Shown in pieces: positions 60,943 through 64,000 of a stretch of 64,000 nucleotides of DNA. Below the pieces are notes generated by a model that saw only the letters and a program-made list of their open reading frames with translations, was not told the DNA's origin and did no database searches. Position numbers and translations under genes: made by a program. Each line of letters starts with the position of its first letter. Within the stretch, counting starts at the first letter, position 1. Source of the stretch: Piromyces finnis finn (Eukaryota; Fungi; Neocallimastigomycota). Location of the stretch: NCBI GenBank assembly GCA_002104945.1, contig MCFH01000017.1:558001-622000 (forward strand). Reading direction: 5' to 3'.

Positions 60943-63186
60943 ATGTTAAGGTGTAGAAATCATTTTGAAACTATTCAATTATATAGTTTGAAAGTTCCTG
61001 GTGTCGATGTAATTCTTGGATTACCATGGATTAAAAAACACAATCCTGAGACTTTTTATGATTCCAAGAAAATCGATTTTATTTCGGGATACTGCGCTAG
61101 ACACTGTAATCATGGGAAAAGAAATAGAAAAACAAGAAGAAATCTAAAAAGGACAAATTAGACCATGAAGTCCTCGACAAAAGTCTTATGAAGAAATCGA
61201 CTAAATCCATTAGTCTCTCAGATAATGCAAGTACCTCGACTAAGGAAGATAAGGAATATGTTAAAGGCCGCCTAGTAAGAACTATTAATGATGAAGAAGA
61301 CAGCGAAGATGACGAAGACAATTACAATAAAAAGTTATGTATAATTAGTAAAATTAGTGAAACAAGTAATAGTAATAATAAATGTAATGATGAATGTGAA
61401 TATAATGAAAATAGTCATAGTTTAATAGAAACAAAGATTAAAAATAATGAAGTAAATAAAGATAAATTGGTTGCCATACCAACCCAATATTTAGAATTTA
61501 GTGAAGTGTTTAATGAAAAAAATTGTGAAGTGTTATCTCCTCATAGACCTTATGATTGTGAAATCAAATTTAAGGATGATGCAACTTTATTTTATGGACC
61601 TTTGTATCCATTAACTGAAGTTGAAAGAGAGGAACTTAAAAAATATATAGATGATAATTTAAATAAAGGTTTTATCAGGAAATCATCGTCTCCTGCTGGT
61701 GCCCCAATTTTGTTTGTTAAAAAGAAGGACGGTTCCTTAAGACTTTGTATTGAATATAGAAGGTTGAATAATATTACAATTCGTAATTCATATCCTTTAC
61801 CTTTAATAAGTGACCTTTTGGATATGGTAAAAAATGCTAAGATTTTCACCAAATTAGACCTTAAATCTGCTTATAATCTTGTTCGTATTAAAGAAAGTGA
61901 CGAATACAAAACGGCTTTTCGTACTAGATATGGCCATTTTGAATATCTGGTTATGCCTTTTGGATTAAAGAATGCACCTGCAACTTTTCAACACTTCATT
62001 AACGATGTTCTTAGTGACTATTTAGACGATTTTGTTATCTCATATATTGACGATATTCTTATTTATTCTAAAGATTCGCCTGGAACTAACTTGAAGAAGA
62101 TACTAGCACCTCAAATGCTTGGTCCATTTGAAATAATTAAAAAAGTTAGTTCTCTCGCTTTCAAATTGAAATTCCCAAAGACAATGAGATGTCATCCAGT
62201 CTTTCATGTCTCATTGTTAGAATCATACTTTGAAAATGAATTTAACGATAGGTCTAATCGTAGGAAGAGAAATATTCACCTTAATACAAATTTGATTGAA
62301 AAAATTCCAGAAAAAATTGAGAAAATGAAATCTATTAATGGTGAAACATTTTATAAGTTATCGTGGAAAGGATTTGACAAATCCACCTGGATTTCTGAAG
62401 ATCAGATTCCAAACAAACAATTAATACAAGAGTTCGAAAGAAACTTTAAAAAGTCAAAACATAAGTCGAATGACTCCATGAAAATTAGAAAGAATAAAGT
62501 TGGTAATTTAATTAAGCATAGATACCAACCATTTGTAATTGAAATTCCTTCGAGAAAAGATTCCCTATAAATTAATCTCAAAGGAGCTCGACTTAGAAAG
62601 AGAGATTGTAAAGATATCAAACGCCTCAACTTGATTTCTTTAATGTAATTTAAGCCACAAGTATTATTGCTTAAGTTACACAATTTATATTACAGAAAAA
62701 GAAAATGAGACATAATTTATTTATTAATAATTAAAGCTTAAAACAAAATAAATTAAATTTCTCAATTCAAACCCTTAGTTTTAGTATTGCTTTGTAATAG
62801 AAATAGATATATAGTATATAATTATTAAATGATTAATATATAAATAATACATGGGCACATATTCAAATTGAATAGTACTTAATTTGAATTGCCTATTTAA
62901 TTTTACTAAAATAGTTATAGCTAAAATATTTTATTAATAGTTAAGATTTTAGCATAGGTTTTAAATATTTTAAATATATAGTTATAATATAATATAAATG
63001 TATTTAGGAAAAATATAAATAGAAGATATTTTTCATCATTTTATTAATGTAATTGTTATTATTAAAAATTCTATTATAATAAAAGATATTTTTATAAAAT
63101 AATTTTTTTTTATTTTATTTTAAAATTTTAGTGTTATTGTAATAGAATAGATATCCTAATCTATTCTTTTAGTGTTCAACATTACA
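60943..63186 (+). mobile_element. 3' part of an internally deleted R-family chromovirus (protease C-half, partial RT, GPF, chromodomain, PPT, 3' LTR 62607-63186)
   Basis: DVILGLPW; SYIDDILIYSKD joined in frame to ...MLGPF; KLSWKGFDKSTW; PPT AGAAAGAGAGA at 62595-62605. Confidence 0.9.
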
Positions 63187-63437
63187 AGAACTCAATAGGG
63201 GGCTTTCTTCTCTAAGTCGACAAACCATTCGGCGGCGGTTCCTTCCAGGTAGCATCCCAAGATATCCAGCTTGTAGGCGTCGGTAGCATCTTCTTCTAAG
63301 TTATACTTGAAATACTTCTCCAGTCTTGCCAGGAAGTAAAGAAGTTCACTTCTTTTTCCTGAAAATCTTGGAGGTTTTGGGATGAGTTTTCCCCTGGTGT
63401 TAACGCTTTTACCAGTCTCATCCTCTATGCCCATCAT
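63187..63437 (-). pseudogene. Gypsy gag N-terminal fragment interrupted by the R-family LTR
   Basis: PKPPRFSGKRSELLYFLARLE...YLEGTAAEWF, similar to the E1 and E1b gag N-termini. Confidence 0.8.
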
Positions 63438-64000
63438 GGAACTCGCCTCAGAATCTGCGTCACTGGCACCAGCTATTCCATCGTCACGGTTGTTTATTCT
63501 TAAATATAACTATTTCTATCCATTTTACTATTACTTAATAAACAACAAATTATTAACCAATAATTAATATCCCAATTATTATATTTACTCAATTTTATTT
63601 CTGTACTTATTTTAAACTTTTTTATTAATAACTAAAACCAAATAATGTATTATACTATTATTAACTAAACTAGTATTTTATATTATTACTATTTATTAAT
63701 TATTAACTATTAAACTATTTTAACAACAAAATTATTCTATACCAAATAATTTTAAAATACCCTGAAATTAACTAAAATTAATTTCTAACAACAAAAAAAA
63801 AATTTTTTTAATATTATTTTGAAATCCCCGAATTTAAATCTATTATTAAATTCTCGCTATAATTAATAATTTTTTTTACTATCACTATTACTACTTGTAT
63901 ACAAAGGTGAACTTTTATACTATCAAGTTAGAAAATTGTAAAATAAACTATTCTAGTTCAGGTTTGTATACACTAACTAAACTAAACACTAATTAAATTA

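Overview
This is an extremely AT-rich eukaryotic window; an anaerobic gut fungus (Neocallimastigomycota) is my inference from composition and element types. It consists almost entirely of nested LTR retrotransposons around one host gene, tRNA-Ser(UGA) at 29407-29488 (-). Apparently intact elements: a chromodomain Ty3/Gypsy (31553-37681, -), a tRNA-Ala-primed Ty3/Gypsy with a -1 frameshift signal (43483-50500) and a Ty1/Copia (54049-58905). Many defective copies and solo LTRs are also present, several with readable target-site duplications (TSDs). Main result: from 12 bp upstream of the tRNA, seven LTR elements lie end to end with 1-8 bp spacers. Their TSDs reconstruct repeated insertion into the same -7 to -14 window by two Gypsy lineages. 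Two further solo LTRs sit at about -60 to -66. A tRNA-like A-box/B-box module inside another LTR family received an insertion at exactly the same offset. Other highlights: a 790-bp cassette encoding a secreted Cys-rich pro-peptide inserted cleanly into a Copia RT; three self-primed chromovirus families; a Copia apparently primed by a tRNA-Lys half molecule; a 2.69-kb triplication made by recombination between two solo LTRs; and a possible ~54-kb inversion. All alignments and identities were judged by eye; no database searches were run. Labels such as E0, E1, LTR1, R, N and A are my own working names.
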